Assembly (NCBI GenBank): GCA_030647005.1
Contig: JAUSKG010000022.1
Span: 18,196 to 82,195 of the forward strand
Source: a bacterium
GTDB taxonomy: Bacteria > Patescibacteriota > Patescibacteriia > JACPHY01
DNA length: 64,000 nt
Direction of reading: 5' to 3'
Position 1 is the stretch's first letter; each line of letters opens with the position of its first letter. Below are positions 44,453-53,225 of this stretch, one piece after another. The translations under genes and the position numbers were made by a program. Below the pieces are notes generated by a model. The model was not told the origin of the DNA, did no database searches, and worked only from the letters and a program-made list of their open reading frames with translations.

Positions 44453-44896
44453 CTACGAATGATCTGTGCGAATCTGCGCAGTGATCTCCTTAAACGCCCA
44501 CACACGGTACATGGTGAAATTCCAAAGCACGACGAGCGGTGCCGCGAGTAGCTTTGCGAGAAGGTCGAGGATCCCGAGCGTGGCAACACCAAGCGCGAGC
44601 ATCCCCTGCTCGATCCCAAGACCCACGACGGTGACGAGTATGAATTTCGCATACTGCACTCCGTAGCGCCGCTCGCGGTTCCCAAAACTCCATCGTTTGT
44701 TCCAGAAGAAACTCCACGTGACAGCCACAACGAACGCGAGCGCGTTCGCGGCGAGGTAATGCGCACGCCAGAACGTGGTTCCCCGCGTGAGCGCAGCGTA
44801 CATACCAAAATTCAGCGCCGTATTGCTGACGCCGATCGTCGCGTAGCGAATAAATGATCTGCGCAGTTCAGCGTTTACCAAGTCGGCGATACGCAT
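44453..44896 (-). CDS. GtrA-family membrane protein
   Basis: FIRYATIGVSNT, SFFWNKRWSF, WNFTMYRVWAF. Confidence 0.88.
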   Translation of the reverse strand: MRIADLVNAELRRSFIRYATIGVSNTALNFGMYAALTRGTTFWRAHYLAANALAFVVAVTWSFFWNKRWSFGNRERRYGVQYAKFILVTVVGLGIEQGMLALGVATLGILDLLAKLLAAPLVVLWNFTMYRVWAFKEITAQIRTDHS

Positions 44897-45212
44897 AGTG
44901 GACGATGAGTGCAATACATGCCAGTGTGACCGTCACGAGTGCGAGGAGCACAAAGAGCTGCTGCGTTGCGTGCGGACCGGCAGTCCGTGCGATCCGTGGT
45001 GCCGCAACCGCCACCACTCCCGACGTCACCAGTATTGATCCGAGCACGGTGAGTGTTGCGCGTTCAATCCAATCCATACCGCGATGGCTCGACTCGCTGA
45101 ACCGATCGTGGAAAGGAAACGCAATGTACGAAAGTGCAACACCCGGCAGCACGAACGTGAGGAGGACACCAACGACCACTTTGCCGACACGGAGCAGCAC
45201 GGGAATATCCAT
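44868..45212 (-). CDS. Small membrane protein (DUF1616-like N-terminus)
   Basis: FVLPGVAL...FP...DWIER.TL..LGS motif, three hydrophobic segments. Confidence 0.6.
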   Translation of the reverse strand: MDIPVLLRVGKVVVGVLLTFVLPGVALSYIAFPFHDRFSESSHRGMDWIERATLTVLGSILVTSGVVAVAAPRIARTAGPHATQQLFVLLALVTVTLACIALIVHYAYRRLGKR

Positions 45213-45251
45213 AGGTTCTCTCACACGAGACGCAACAACCGCCGCACACCG

Positions 45252-46205
45252 TCAGGCATGCACGATCAACCCATCAGCGTGCACGCGCAAGCTGGGGGCA
45301 AGATGACGTGCATACGTGAGCTGATGCAGGAGGATGGGAATTTCTTCCAACCGATCAGCAATGCGTACACCGGCATCGGCGAACGCAGCGACTTTTGACC
45401 GATAACTCCCACAACCAGCCGCAACGATCGCTCCCGCGTGGCCGAGGGTCGTCCCGATCGGCAGGGTCTCCGTAAAACGTCCCGCAACGACGGCCACGAC
45501 CGGCTTCGTCCATACACCGGAAGCGAGATACGCTGCTGCAAGCTCCTCGTAGGCACCGCCGATCTCACCAAAGAGCACGACAGCATCCGTATCTTCATCA
45601 TCCCGAAATGCACGGAGCATGTCCACGAAATCCGATCCAATGAGCACGTCGCCACCGATACCGACGGCCGTCGAGATACCGAGGCCCGCTCGCCGAAGCG
45701 TGACGGCAATCTCTGCGGTCATGCCACCACTCTTGGAGAGCACCCCCGTACGCCCAGGCGTAAACACCTCCGCAATCTCCGATGAACCGATGGCACCCAC
45801 CTTGCCCTTCCCCGGTGAAATGATCCCGACCGAACTTGGACCAACGACGCGTACCTGTGCGATCCGCGATGCCGCGATGATGCGCGCGCTATCCGCAACT
45901 GGTACGTGCTCGGTCATAATGACGATGAGCGGAATGCCCGCCGCAATCGCCTCGATCGCGGCGGCGTAGACGTGCGATGCCGGAACCACAATGAGCGATG
46001 TCGTGATCGCAGGATGCACACGAAGTGCATCGATCACCGTGTCAAAAACCGGTACGCCGTGGACGCGCTCGCCCGCCTTGCCAGGCCGTACGCCTGCGAG
46101 CACCACGGTTCCGTACGCGAGCATCTCTTTCGTCGCTCGACTCCCCTCACTCCCCGTGATGCCTTGAACGAGCACGCGTGTGTGTTCATGCACGAGAATA
46201 GCCAT
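45252..46205 (-). CDS. Succinyl-CoA-synthetase-alpha-like CoA ligase subunit (probable citryl-CoA synthetase small subunit)
   Basis: VLVQGITG, GPSSVGII, SKSGG, GIGGD, GEIGG, LGHAGA phospho-His. Confidence 0.85.
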   Translation of the reverse strand: MAILVHEHTRVLVQGITGSEGSRATKEMLAYGTVVLAGVRPGKAGERVHGVPVFDTVIDALRVHPAITTSLIVVPASHVYAAAIEAIAAGIPLIVIMTEHVPVADSARIIAASRIAQVRVVGPSSVGIISPGKGKVGAIGSSEIAEVFTPGRTGVLSKSGGMTAEIAVTLRRAGLGISTAVGIGGDVLIGSDFVDMLRAFRDDEDTDAVVLFGEIGGAYEELAAAYLASGVWTKPVVAVVAGRFTETLPIGTTLGHAGAIVAAGCGSYRSKVAAFADAGVRIADRLEEIPILLHQLTYARHLAPSLRVHADGLIVHA

Positions 46206-46214
46206 ATCCTGCTC

Positions 46215-47282
46215 CTATTGGTACGCGAGCTTACACATGATACGCGCGCTCTCCTCCATGGGCGTGGCGGAATCAAACGTATACATCTGATACCCTTCAT
46301 GCGCCGCGGCATCCTGAAGCATGGCGAACGCCTCCGTCTTTCGCGGGCCATCGCGACGCACGACGATGGGATACGTCGGCCGTGGCAGTATCCTGCGTAA
46401 CCCATCGAGGAACCCCTGCATCGTTCCGAGGATATCGGTGAAATTCGCCGTCCCACCAATAACCCAGCACCCGCGCAGTCCTTCTTGTGCAAGGACACGT
46501 ATCGTGAGATCACGCACGACATCGGCGGATGGATTCCCGGAGTACTCAGCGTAATTCGCGGGGCGACCGCCGTGTGCCATGAGTGCATCAACGTTGAGGA
46601 GTGAAGCACCGCCGCCGGACGCGATGATGGCGATATCGCCACCCAGCGAAAGGAAGCGTCGCTCCTGCGGCCGCAGGATATCATCGTCAACGATCACCTT
46701 CGCATCGCCCGCGATACACCGTCCATCTGGTGTCATGAAGAGCGGATTGATCTCTGCGAGGAGCAGTCGCTCCTCGGTGAAACACGTCCAGAGCCGTGCG
46801 ATACACTCCGCGAGCACCGCACGGTGCGCCGTTGGCACACCCGCACGATCCATGACATCCGCGATCGCCGTCGGCGCAATGGGTGCATCTGCCGTAATCG
46901 GCACGATGGTCGCGGCCTCGATCGCAACGCCACCGCTGACGCTCATCGCGAGCACGGGACCACGGGTCCGCGTATCATAGCTCGCGCTCACGTAGTACTC
47001 ACGTTCCGCAGACACGAAGTCCTCAATGAGCACCCGCTCAGCGCGCATACCGGCAATGTCCGCTTCAACGCACCGCGCAAACGCAGGCAGGAACGATGCT
47101 ACATCCTGCGCTACCTGGACCCCACCGGCCCTGCCGCGGCCACCGCTGCGCACCTGTGCCTTCATCACCGCCGGATACCGCCGCGCGGCCGGCACTACGC
47201 CACGATCCACGAGCACCCCATCGGGCACCGCGATACCGTAGCGCTGCAGAAGCAGCTTTCCTTCATATTCCATGAGGTCCAT
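46215..47282 (-). CDS. ATP-grasp beta subunit with ATP-citrate-lyase citrate-binding motifs
   Basis: LMEYEGK, GGRGRAGG, AEINPL, GGGAS, ANYAEYSGNP, GGTANFTD, VRRDGP. Confidence 0.85.
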   Translation of the reverse strand: MDLMEYEGKLLLQRYGIAVPDGVLVDRGVVPAARRYPAVMKAQVRSGGRGRAGGVQVAQDVASFLPAFARCVEADIAGMRAERVLIEDFVSAEREYYVSASYDTRTRGPVLAMSVSGGVAIEAATIVPITADAPIAPTAIADVMDRAGVPTAHRAVLAECIARLWTCFTEERLLLAEINPLFMTPDGRCIAGDAKVIVDDDILRPQERRFLSLGGDIAIIASGGGASLLNVDALMAHGGRPANYAEYSGNPSADVVRDLTIRVLAQEGLRGCWVIGGTANFTDILGTMQGFLDGLRRILPRPTYPIVVRRDGPRKTEAFAMLQDAAAHEGYQMYTFDSATPMEESARIMCKLAYQ

Positions 47283-47342
47283 AGATGAGTATCACGATAC
47301 CATGCACTCCACCGCGGAGCAATCATCGCGTGGACGAACGGA

Positions 47343-47876
47343 TCATCCGGCCTGGATGTCCCAGAACATCGGTCCGAAAATATCTGGAGGAAGTCGGTAC
47401 TCATCACCAGTATCCGACTCTGGATCGAACTGTTCGGTGACGAAGTAGATGAGCGACATCGGTCGCTCATACGGATTGGCCACCCCGTGCGCAACACCGG
47501 GCGGAATGCGGACCATGCGCGGACGCGCGGCGCCAAGCACAAACCGCATCTGCATACCCTGCGTGGGGGATCCCGTCCGGAGGTCCTTGAGACCCACGAG
47601 GAGCCGATCAGCAGATGGCACAAACCAAAAATCCGTCTGCTTCCGATGGAGATGCGTCGCTTTCACTGCGCCCGGAACGATCGTTGAGTAATTCACCTGT
47701 CGGATCTCCGCGTTTGCAGCACACTGGAGCATGCCAGCATCCAGACGACCAAGCTCAAGGAACGACCCCCCGTCATCTGCAAATTCCTTGAGCTCCAGCA
47801 TCTCCACACCGACGATCCTCTCACTGGGACCGTAGTGCTGTTTGGTGAGTTGTGCTTCTATGTGTGGATCGAACAT
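47343..47876 (-). CDS. dTDP-4-dehydrorhamnose 3,5-epimerase-family cupin (RmlC-like)
   Basis: DDGGSF.E, KATHLH..QTD, DLRTGSPT, IPPGVAHG. Confidence 0.85.
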   Translation of the reverse strand: MFDPHIEAQLTKQHYGPSERIVGVEMLELKEFADDGGSFLELGRLDAGMLQCAANAEIRQVNYSTIVPGAVKATHLHRKQTDFWFVPSADRLLVGLKDLRTGSPTQGMQMRFVLGAARPRMVRIPPGVAHGVANPYERPMSLIYFVTEQFDPESDTGDEYRLPPDIFGPMFWDIQAG

Positions 47877-47929
47877 ACGTGTTTCGCGGATAAACATGGT
47901 CGCACACCACATCTCCCGTCCCCGCCACA

Positions 47930-50497
47930 TTACTCCCTAATGAAATTCACGATCTTGTCCGGCACAAAAACAACGCGCACAGGATCGCGCTCCCCGAGGT
48001 GCTTGCGGACATTCGCCTCCCCGAGCGCACGCGCCCGCGCATCCTCCTCGCTCGTACCCGCAGGGACACGGATCGTCGCGCGGTGCTTGCCGTTCACCTG
48101 CACGACGAGGTTCACCTCCTCATCCACGATCAACGTGGGGTCATAGTGCGGCCAAGGGTGAGCAAGAACACTTTTTTTGTTCCCGAGCTTCTCCCACAGT
48201 TCCTCGGCGAGATGCGGCGCGAACGGCGCGAGGAGACGCAGAAAATCCGAGCGTATCGGTGAACCATCCGCAGCAAACTCTCGCGGATCGCGCGCAACCA
48301 AGTTCATGAATTCCATCATCGCGGCAATCGCCGTATTGAACCGCATTGCCTCAATATCCTCACTCACCTTCTTCATCGTCTTATGGAGTGCACGCTTCAA
48401 TGTTTTTTCTGACACTTCCTCAACGACGTGTTGAATTGGTCCGGTTGCATACGTCCAAACCTTTTCCAAAAACCGCCGACACCCCTTCAGCCCATCCGTG
48501 GACCACGGGACGGCCTGATCGAAAGGTCCAATGAACATCTCGTACAGACGCACGGCATCCGCGCCGTACTGCGCGATAATGTCGTCCGGATTCACAACGT
48601 TCCCACGCGACTTGGACATCTTCTCACCGTTTGCCGCCAAGATCATGCCGTGTGATGTGCGCTTCTGATACGGCTCCGCTACCGGCACAACGCCGATGTC
48701 GTGCAAAAACAGGTTCCAAAATCGCGAGTAGAGCAGGTGGAGCGTCGTGTGCTCCATGCCGCCGTTGTACCAGTCCACGGGGAGCCAGTGTTGCAGGAGC
48801 TCTTGGGACCATCGTCCCTGCCTGTCATTGCGAGGAGTCCGCGACGCGGCAATCCCGGTCAATGGAGTACGCGGAAACAACTCCCCATGCATCGCATACG
48901 CTAGGAAGTACCACGACGATCCCGCCCAGTTCGGCATGACATCGGTCTCACGTTTCGCCGGTCCACCGCACCGGGGACAATTGGTGTTCACGAACGAAGC
49001 AATATTCGCAAGCGGCGACTCCCCCGTATCCGTCGGCTCATACCGTTCCACCTCGGGCAACAAGATGGGGAGCTGATCCTCCGGTACAGGCACCGTCCCG
49101 CACGCCGCACAGAACACCACCGGAATGGGCTCACCCCAGTACCGCTGCCGCGAGAACACCCAATCGCGAAGCTTGTATGTCACGGTCATCGTGCCGCCGA
49201 CGGCTTCCGTAATCGCTGCGCGGGCCTCATCGCTGCGCATGCCGTCAAACGCTCCGCTGTTCGTGAGCAGGCCATCGCCGGTATAGACCTCTTCATTGGC
49301 CGGGATTGCCACGTCGCTCGCGGATTCACTCCTCGCAATGACCGTCGTGATATGCAACCCATACTTCTGTGCAAAACCAAAATCCCGCTCATCATGCGCG
49401 GGTACCGCCATAATGGCACCAGTGCCATAGGAACCGAGGACGTAGTCGGCGACCCAGACGGAAATCTCCTCGCCGTTCGCGGGGTTCACGGCGGTGATGC
49501 CGGCGGCAACACCGGTCTTCTCGCGCGCATCTGCGGCGCGGTCCATGTCGGTCACCTTTCGCGCGGCCGCGACGTACGCGCGCACGTCATCGGACGCTTG
49601 CCAACCGGCATCCATCCACCGCTGCGCGAGCTCGGGTGACACGACGAGGAACGTCGCACCAAAGAGCGTGTCCGGACGCGTCGTGAAGACGGAAATCACC
49701 ATGTCATTGCGAGGAGTCTGCGACGTGGCAATCCCGGCGTTTACTGTTGATGGCCAGGATTGCTTCGCCCCGACCAGAGCGCCGGGGCTCGCAATGACAG
49801 AAAACGTGATGTTCGCTCCCTCGGAACGCCCGATCCAGTTGCGCTGCTGCGCCTTCGCGGCTTCGATGTAGTCCACGTGGTGAAGACCATCCAAGAGCTG
49901 CTCGGCGTACGCGGTGATCTTGAGCATCCACTGTTCCTTCTCGCGCTTGTCCACGACGCCACCGCACCGCTCGCACCGTCCGCCGACGACCTCCTCGTTC
50001 GCCAAGCCAATCTTGCACGAGGGACACCAGTTGATCGGCACCCGCGCCTTGTACGCCAAGCCGCGCTCAAGGAGCTTGAGAAAAATCCACTGCGTCCACC
50101 GGTAGTACGCGGGGTCGGTCGTGTTCACCTCGCGCGACCAGTCAAAGGAAAAGCCGGCGGCCATGAGCTGCCGCTTGAAGTTCGCGATGTTCCGCTCGGT
50201 CGTCACGCGCGGGTGCTCACCGGTCTTGATCGCGTAGTTCTCCGCCGGAAGACCGAACGCATCCCACCCCATGGGGTAGAGGACGTTCTTCCCCTCCATC
50301 CGGTGCTTGCGCGCGATAACATCCATCGCCGTGTACGAGCGCAGATGCCCCACGTGGAGCCCGTCGCCGGACGGGTACGGAAACTCGACGAGGAGGTACT
50401 CCTCCTCGCCTCGTGCATCGTCGGCCGCGTGCGCGCGCTGCTCGTTCCACACGCGCTGCCACCGTTCCTCCATGGCTCCGTGATCGTATTTCGCCAT
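47930..50497 (-). CDS. leuS: Leucine--tRNA ligase
   Basis: FPYPSGDGLHVGH (HIGH), FTTRPDT, GTGAIMAVPAHDERD, KMSKS. Confidence 0.97.
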   Translation of the reverse strand: MAKYDHGAMEERWQRVWNEQRAHAADDARGEEEYLLVEFPYPSGDGLHVGHLRSYTAMDVIARKHRMEGKNVLYPMGWDAFGLPAENYAIKTGEHPRVTTERNIANFKRQLMAAGFSFDWSREVNTTDPAYYRWTQWIFLKLLERGLAYKARVPINWCPSCKIGLANEEVVGGRCERCGGVVDKREKEQWMLKITAYAEQLLDGLHHVDYIEAAKAQQRNWIGRSEGANITFSVIASPGALVGAKQSWPSTVNAGIATSQTPRNDMVISVFTTRPDTLFGATFLVVSPELAQRWMDAGWQASDDVRAYVAAARKVTDMDRAADAREKTGVAAGITAVNPANGEEISVWVADYVLGSYGTGAIMAVPAHDERDFGFAQKYGLHITTVIARSESASDVAIPANEEVYTGDGLLTNSGAFDGMRSDEARAAITEAVGGTMTVTYKLRDWVFSRQRYWGEPIPVVFCAACGTVPVPEDQLPILLPEVERYEPTDTGESPLANIASFVNTNCPRCGGPAKRETDVMPNWAGSSWYFLAYAMHGELFPRTPLTGIAASRTPRNDRQGRWSQELLQHWLPVDWYNGGMEHTTLHLLYSRFWNLFLHDIGVVPVAEPYQKRTSHGMILAANGEKMSKSRGNVVNPDDIIAQYGADAVRLYEMFIGPFDQAVPWSTDGLKGCRRFLEKVWTYATGPIQHVVEEVSEKTLKRALHKTMKKVSEDIEAMRFNTAIAAMMEFMNLVARDPREFAADGSPIRSDFLRLLAPFAPHLAEELWEKLGNKKSVLAHPWPHYDPTLIVDEEVNLVVQVNGKHRATIRVPAGTSEEDARARALGEANVRKHLGERDPVRVVFVPDKIVNFIRE
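48823..48856. repeat. Half copy of palindromic element inside leuS
   Basis: TGTCATTGCGAGGAGTCCGCGACGCGGCAATCCC; encodes GIAASRTPRND. Confidence 0.8.
49302..49342. repeat. Half copy of palindromic element inside leuS (opposite orientation)
   Basis: GGGATTGCCACGTCGC...CTCCTCGCAATGAC; encodes VIARSESASDVAIP. Confidence 0.8.
49702..49799. repeat. Full palindromic element inside leuS
   Basis: TGTCATTGCGAG...GGCAATCCC...GGATTGCTTCG...CTCGCAATGACA; encodes VIASPGALVGAKQS...GIATSQTPRND. Confidence 0.88.
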
Positions 50498-50530
50498 ACC
50501 CCTGCATCGTAGCACGGGTGTGCGCGCATG

Positions 50531-50566
50531 GCAGTACCGCTCCGATGTCCATCGGAGCGGTACTGC
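50531..50566. repeat. Perfect 17-bp inverted repeat between the 50584 gene and leuS (terminator-like)
   Basis: GCAGTACCGCTCCGATG-tc-CATCGGAGCGGTACTGC. Confidence 0.8.
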
Positions 50567-50583
50567 GCGGTTCCTGTTTTTTC

Positions 50584-51222
50584 TTACTCTCCTGCGGATG
50601 CATCGGCGGCGGACGGCGCAGCATCGGGTGCTCCCGTGCCTTCCGGTGCCTGCTCCAACGGGTTCGGCTCCTCCGCGACGCGCTGTTCTGCCGACGCGGC
50701 GAGGATGCCCTGAACGACGGTGCTGTTGTCGCGGAGGGACTCCGTGAAGAGCACATGCTCACGATTGATCTGCATCTCGTCCGTGGGACCATGGAGCTCG
50801 CTGCCGAGCTTCACGAGTGCGACATTCGGTGGCGGCTCCGGTTGCCCGGCGTCGCGCTGCTGGAGTGACGGCGAGACCTGGAGGTAGTACACGTCACGGA
50901 GCACGAGCGATTCGCGCGTCCGTTCCGTCAGGTGCCCAAAGTACACCTGCCCGTTCGTGAGAAACACCGCGCTCCAGGCACTCGGCGGCGTCGCTCCGGG
51001 CACGGACACCACGCCGAAGACCACGAGCGCAAGCACGACGACCGCTGCCACCGCAACCGCCCACGGCGTGAGCGCATGGACCGACGCAGGCGCTGCGGAC
51101 GGTTTCATAACCGACGCAGTGCCAAACGCCCCCACCCGCTTCGCTGGCACGCGCCGGCGCGGGGCCTTCTGTGACGACTGCATCCCATACTCCTGTTGTT
51201 CTTCCATAGCATCAAGCATCAT
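50584..51222 (-). CDS. Membrane-anchored hypothetical protein of a Parcubacteria-type family
   Basis: Single hydrophobic helix then WSAVFLTNGQVYFG, LRDVYYLQ, LVKLGSELHGP, INREHVLF. Confidence 0.75.
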   Translation of the reverse strand: MMLDAMEEQQEYGMQSSQKAPRRRVPAKRVGAFGTASVMKPSAAPASVHALTPWAVAVAAVVVLALVVFGVVSVPGATPPSAWSAVFLTNGQVYFGHLTERTRESLVLRDVYYLQVSPSLQQRDAGQPEPPPNVALVKLGSELHGPTDEMQINREHVLFTESLRDNSTVVQGILAASAEQRVAEEPNPLEQAPEGTGAPDAAPSAADASAGE

Positions 51223-51306
51223 GACGACGAATCAGCAGCACGTCGCTGCGCGACTCGACATGATGGTTACGGTTACCCACATCGCTTCCATTGTACCACA
51301 GCACGA

Positions 51307-52605
51307 TCATCCGTGTGCACGGTACGCACGATCAATCCGCTCGAGCGCGAGCGCATACGCGGCAATGCGGAGCGTGCGTGCGCCACGCGCGCGTGCAAAA
51401 ACCTCGCGCGTCTCGCGGCACAGCTTCGCGCTGAGCTTGCGGAGCACGTCGCGCTCGCTCCAGTGCTCGCCGTCCATGTTCTGCTTCCACTCGAAATACG
51501 ACGTCGCCACACCACCCGCGTTCGCGAGGACGTCTGGGATGACGGGAATGCCACGCTCCGTCAAAATCGCTTCCGCCTCCGGTGTGACGGGTCCGTTCGC
51601 GAGTTCGAGCACGACCTTCGCCTTGATCCGCCGCGCGTTCGCCGCGGTGATCGCGCCCTCGAGCGCAGCGGGGATGAGCACGTCGCACTCCTGCTCCAGG
51701 ATACTCGCATTCGTGACGACCTTCCCACCGCTCACCGCCGCGCAGTCCACCACGCTCCCACGTTCTCGCTTGCACGCCATGACGACCGCAGCACTCATCT
51801 CCTGGGCTTGCAGCTGTCGGCTTGCAGCTGTCGGCTTCCTCACAATGCCTCCCCGCGAATCCGAGAGTCCGACGACACGCATCCCCGCATCTTCCGCGCT
51901 CCGTGCAGCCCAGTACCCCACGTTGCCAAAACCCTGGACGACCACGGACGGGGACGCACCAACCCCCCACCGTCGCCCGCGCTGCCGAAGCGCCTCGCGC
52001 AGCACGACAATGCCACCGTACCCCGTCGCCTGTTCCCGCCCCGCGCTGCCGCCCATCGCTATCGGCTTGCCCGTGAACGTCGCGCGCCATTCCTTCGCGC
52101 TTGCGGCTTGCAGCTGTCGGCTTGTGACTCTTCGCCATTCATCCACCATCCACCCCATGATCGTCGCGTTCGTGTGCACGTCCGGCGCCGGAACATCCGT
52201 GCGCGGGCCGATGACCGGACCGAGCGCGCGCACGAACCCGCGGCTCAGCCGCTCGAGCTCGCCGCTCGACAGCAACGTGGAATCCACCGTCACGCCGCCC
52301 TTCCCACCGCCGAACGGGATGTTCACGACCGCGCACTTCATCGTCATCCAGAACGCGAGCGCGCGCACCTCGTCCATGTCCACGTTCGGGTGAAACCGTA
52401 TCCCACCCTTGTACGGCCCACGGAGCGACGAGTGCTGGACGCGGTACCCACGGAATAGACGCGTCGTCCCGTCATCCATCCGCACCGAAAACTGTACGTC
52501 AATCGTGCGCTCCGGCTCACGCAACCTTCCGAGGACATCCTCGCGCACCCGCACAACTGCGGCGGCCTGATCCAACTGCGCGAGTGCTGCGTGCCAGGGA
52601 GACAT
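51307..52605 (-). CDS. gdhA: Glu/Leu/Phe/Val (glutamate) dehydrogenase
   Basis: GPYKGGIRF, PFGGGKGG, DVPAPDV, VQGFGNVG, ELANGP, DVLANAGGV. Confidence 0.93.
   Translation of the reverse strand: MSPWHAALAQLDQAAAVVRVREDVLGRLREPERTIDVQFSVRMDDGTTRLFRGYRVQHSSLRGPYKGGIRFHPNVDMDEVRALAFWMTMKCAVVNIPFGGGKGGVTVDSTLLSSGELERLSRGFVRALGPVIGPRTDVPAPDVHTNATIMGWMVDEWRRVTSRQLQAASAKEWRATFTGKPIAMGGSAGREQATGYGGIVVLREALRQRGRRWGVGASPSVVVQGFGNVGYWAARSAEDAGMRVVGLSDSRGGIVRKPTAASRQLQAQEMSAAVVMACKRERGSVVDCAAVSGGKVVTNASILEQECDVLIPAALEGAITAANARRIKAKVVLELANGPVTPEAEAILTERGIPVIPDVLANAGGVATSYFEWKQNMDGEHWSERDVLRKLSAKLCRETREVFARARGARTLRIAAYALALERIDRAYRAHG
51805..51837. repeat. Heptamer-derived tandem repeat inside gdhA
   Basis: (GGCTTGCAGCTGTC)x2 + GGCTT; encodes KPTAASRQLQA. 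Confidence 0.8.
52099..52126. repeat. Heptamer tandem repeat inside gdhA
   Basis: GCTTGCG GCTTGCA GCTGTCG GCTTGTG; encodes TSRQLQAAS. Confidence 0.75.
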
Positions 52606-52647
52606 AGAATGCTATTCTACCACGCATCCACATGCGCACTATGCACA

Positions 52648-52676
52648 TTGACCGTCGCTACGCCCGCACCTATACT
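52648..52676 (+). promoter_or_regulatory. sigma70 promoter, probable leaderless transcript
   Basis: TTGACC-17 nt-TATACT; ATG at 52685, 8 nt downstream; no Shine-Dalgarno. Confidence 0.65.
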
Positions 52677-52684
52677 CCAGAGAC

Positions 52685-53080
52685 ATGGAGGAACCCATCA
52701 CCAAATCATACTTCGACGAAAAGTTCGACGGCTTCACCCGAGCGGTGGACGAAAAGATCGGCGGCCTCGCTCGAACGATGGACGAAAAGATCGGCGGTCT
52801 TGCTCGAGCGATGGACGAACAGATCGGCGGCCTCGCCCGAGCGGTGAAGGAGGGATTTGATCGTGTTGATGAGCGATTTGATGCAGTGGATGAGCGATTC
52901 AACACGATAGAGGGTGACATCGCCGACCTCAAATACCGCATGCGTCTCATGGAGGGCGAAATCCAAGCACTGAGCGCGAACATGGTGACGAAGCAGTACC
53001 TCGATGCAAAAACGGCGCGTTGGCGCCGTCCTGAGGACGTCTTCGGCCGAAGGATCTCGTACGCGTCGTGTTCCCGTTGA
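52685..53080 (+). CDS. Coiled-coil hypothetical protein with 11-aa tandem repeats; 3' end possibly frameshifted
   Basis: (V/M)DE(K/Q)IGGLAR(T/A) x3 from 33-nt units at 52745-52843; MVTKQYLD motif. Confidence 0.7.
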   Translation: MEEPITKSYFDEKFDGFTRAVDEKIGGLARTMDEKIGGLARAMDEQIGGLARAVKEGFDRVDERFDAVDERFNTIEGDIADLKYRMRLMEGEIQALSANMVTKQYLDAKTARWRRPEDVFGRRISYASCSR

Positions 53081-53171
53081 TGCGAACATCCTCTCACCGG
53101 AGACCCGGGCGAAACTCGAACAGCTCATCCCCGCAATCACCCTCAACGGGTGACCCGTCAACGCTCCGCAC

Positions 53172-53210
53172 AAAGGAAAAGGCCCTGGACGCATATCGCG
53201 TCCAGGGCCT
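53172..53210 (-). terminator. Intrinsic terminator downstream of the AAA+ gene
   Basis: AGGCCCTGGACGC-atatc-GCGTCCAGGGCCT followed by TTTCCTTT on minus strand. Confidence 0.75.
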
Positions 53211-53225
53211 CGTGGTGCCACGCAC

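Noticed and set aside
52712-52843. 33-nt direct repeats as a mini-CRISPR
   Set aside because: Head-to-tail with no spacers and in frame within a coding sequence
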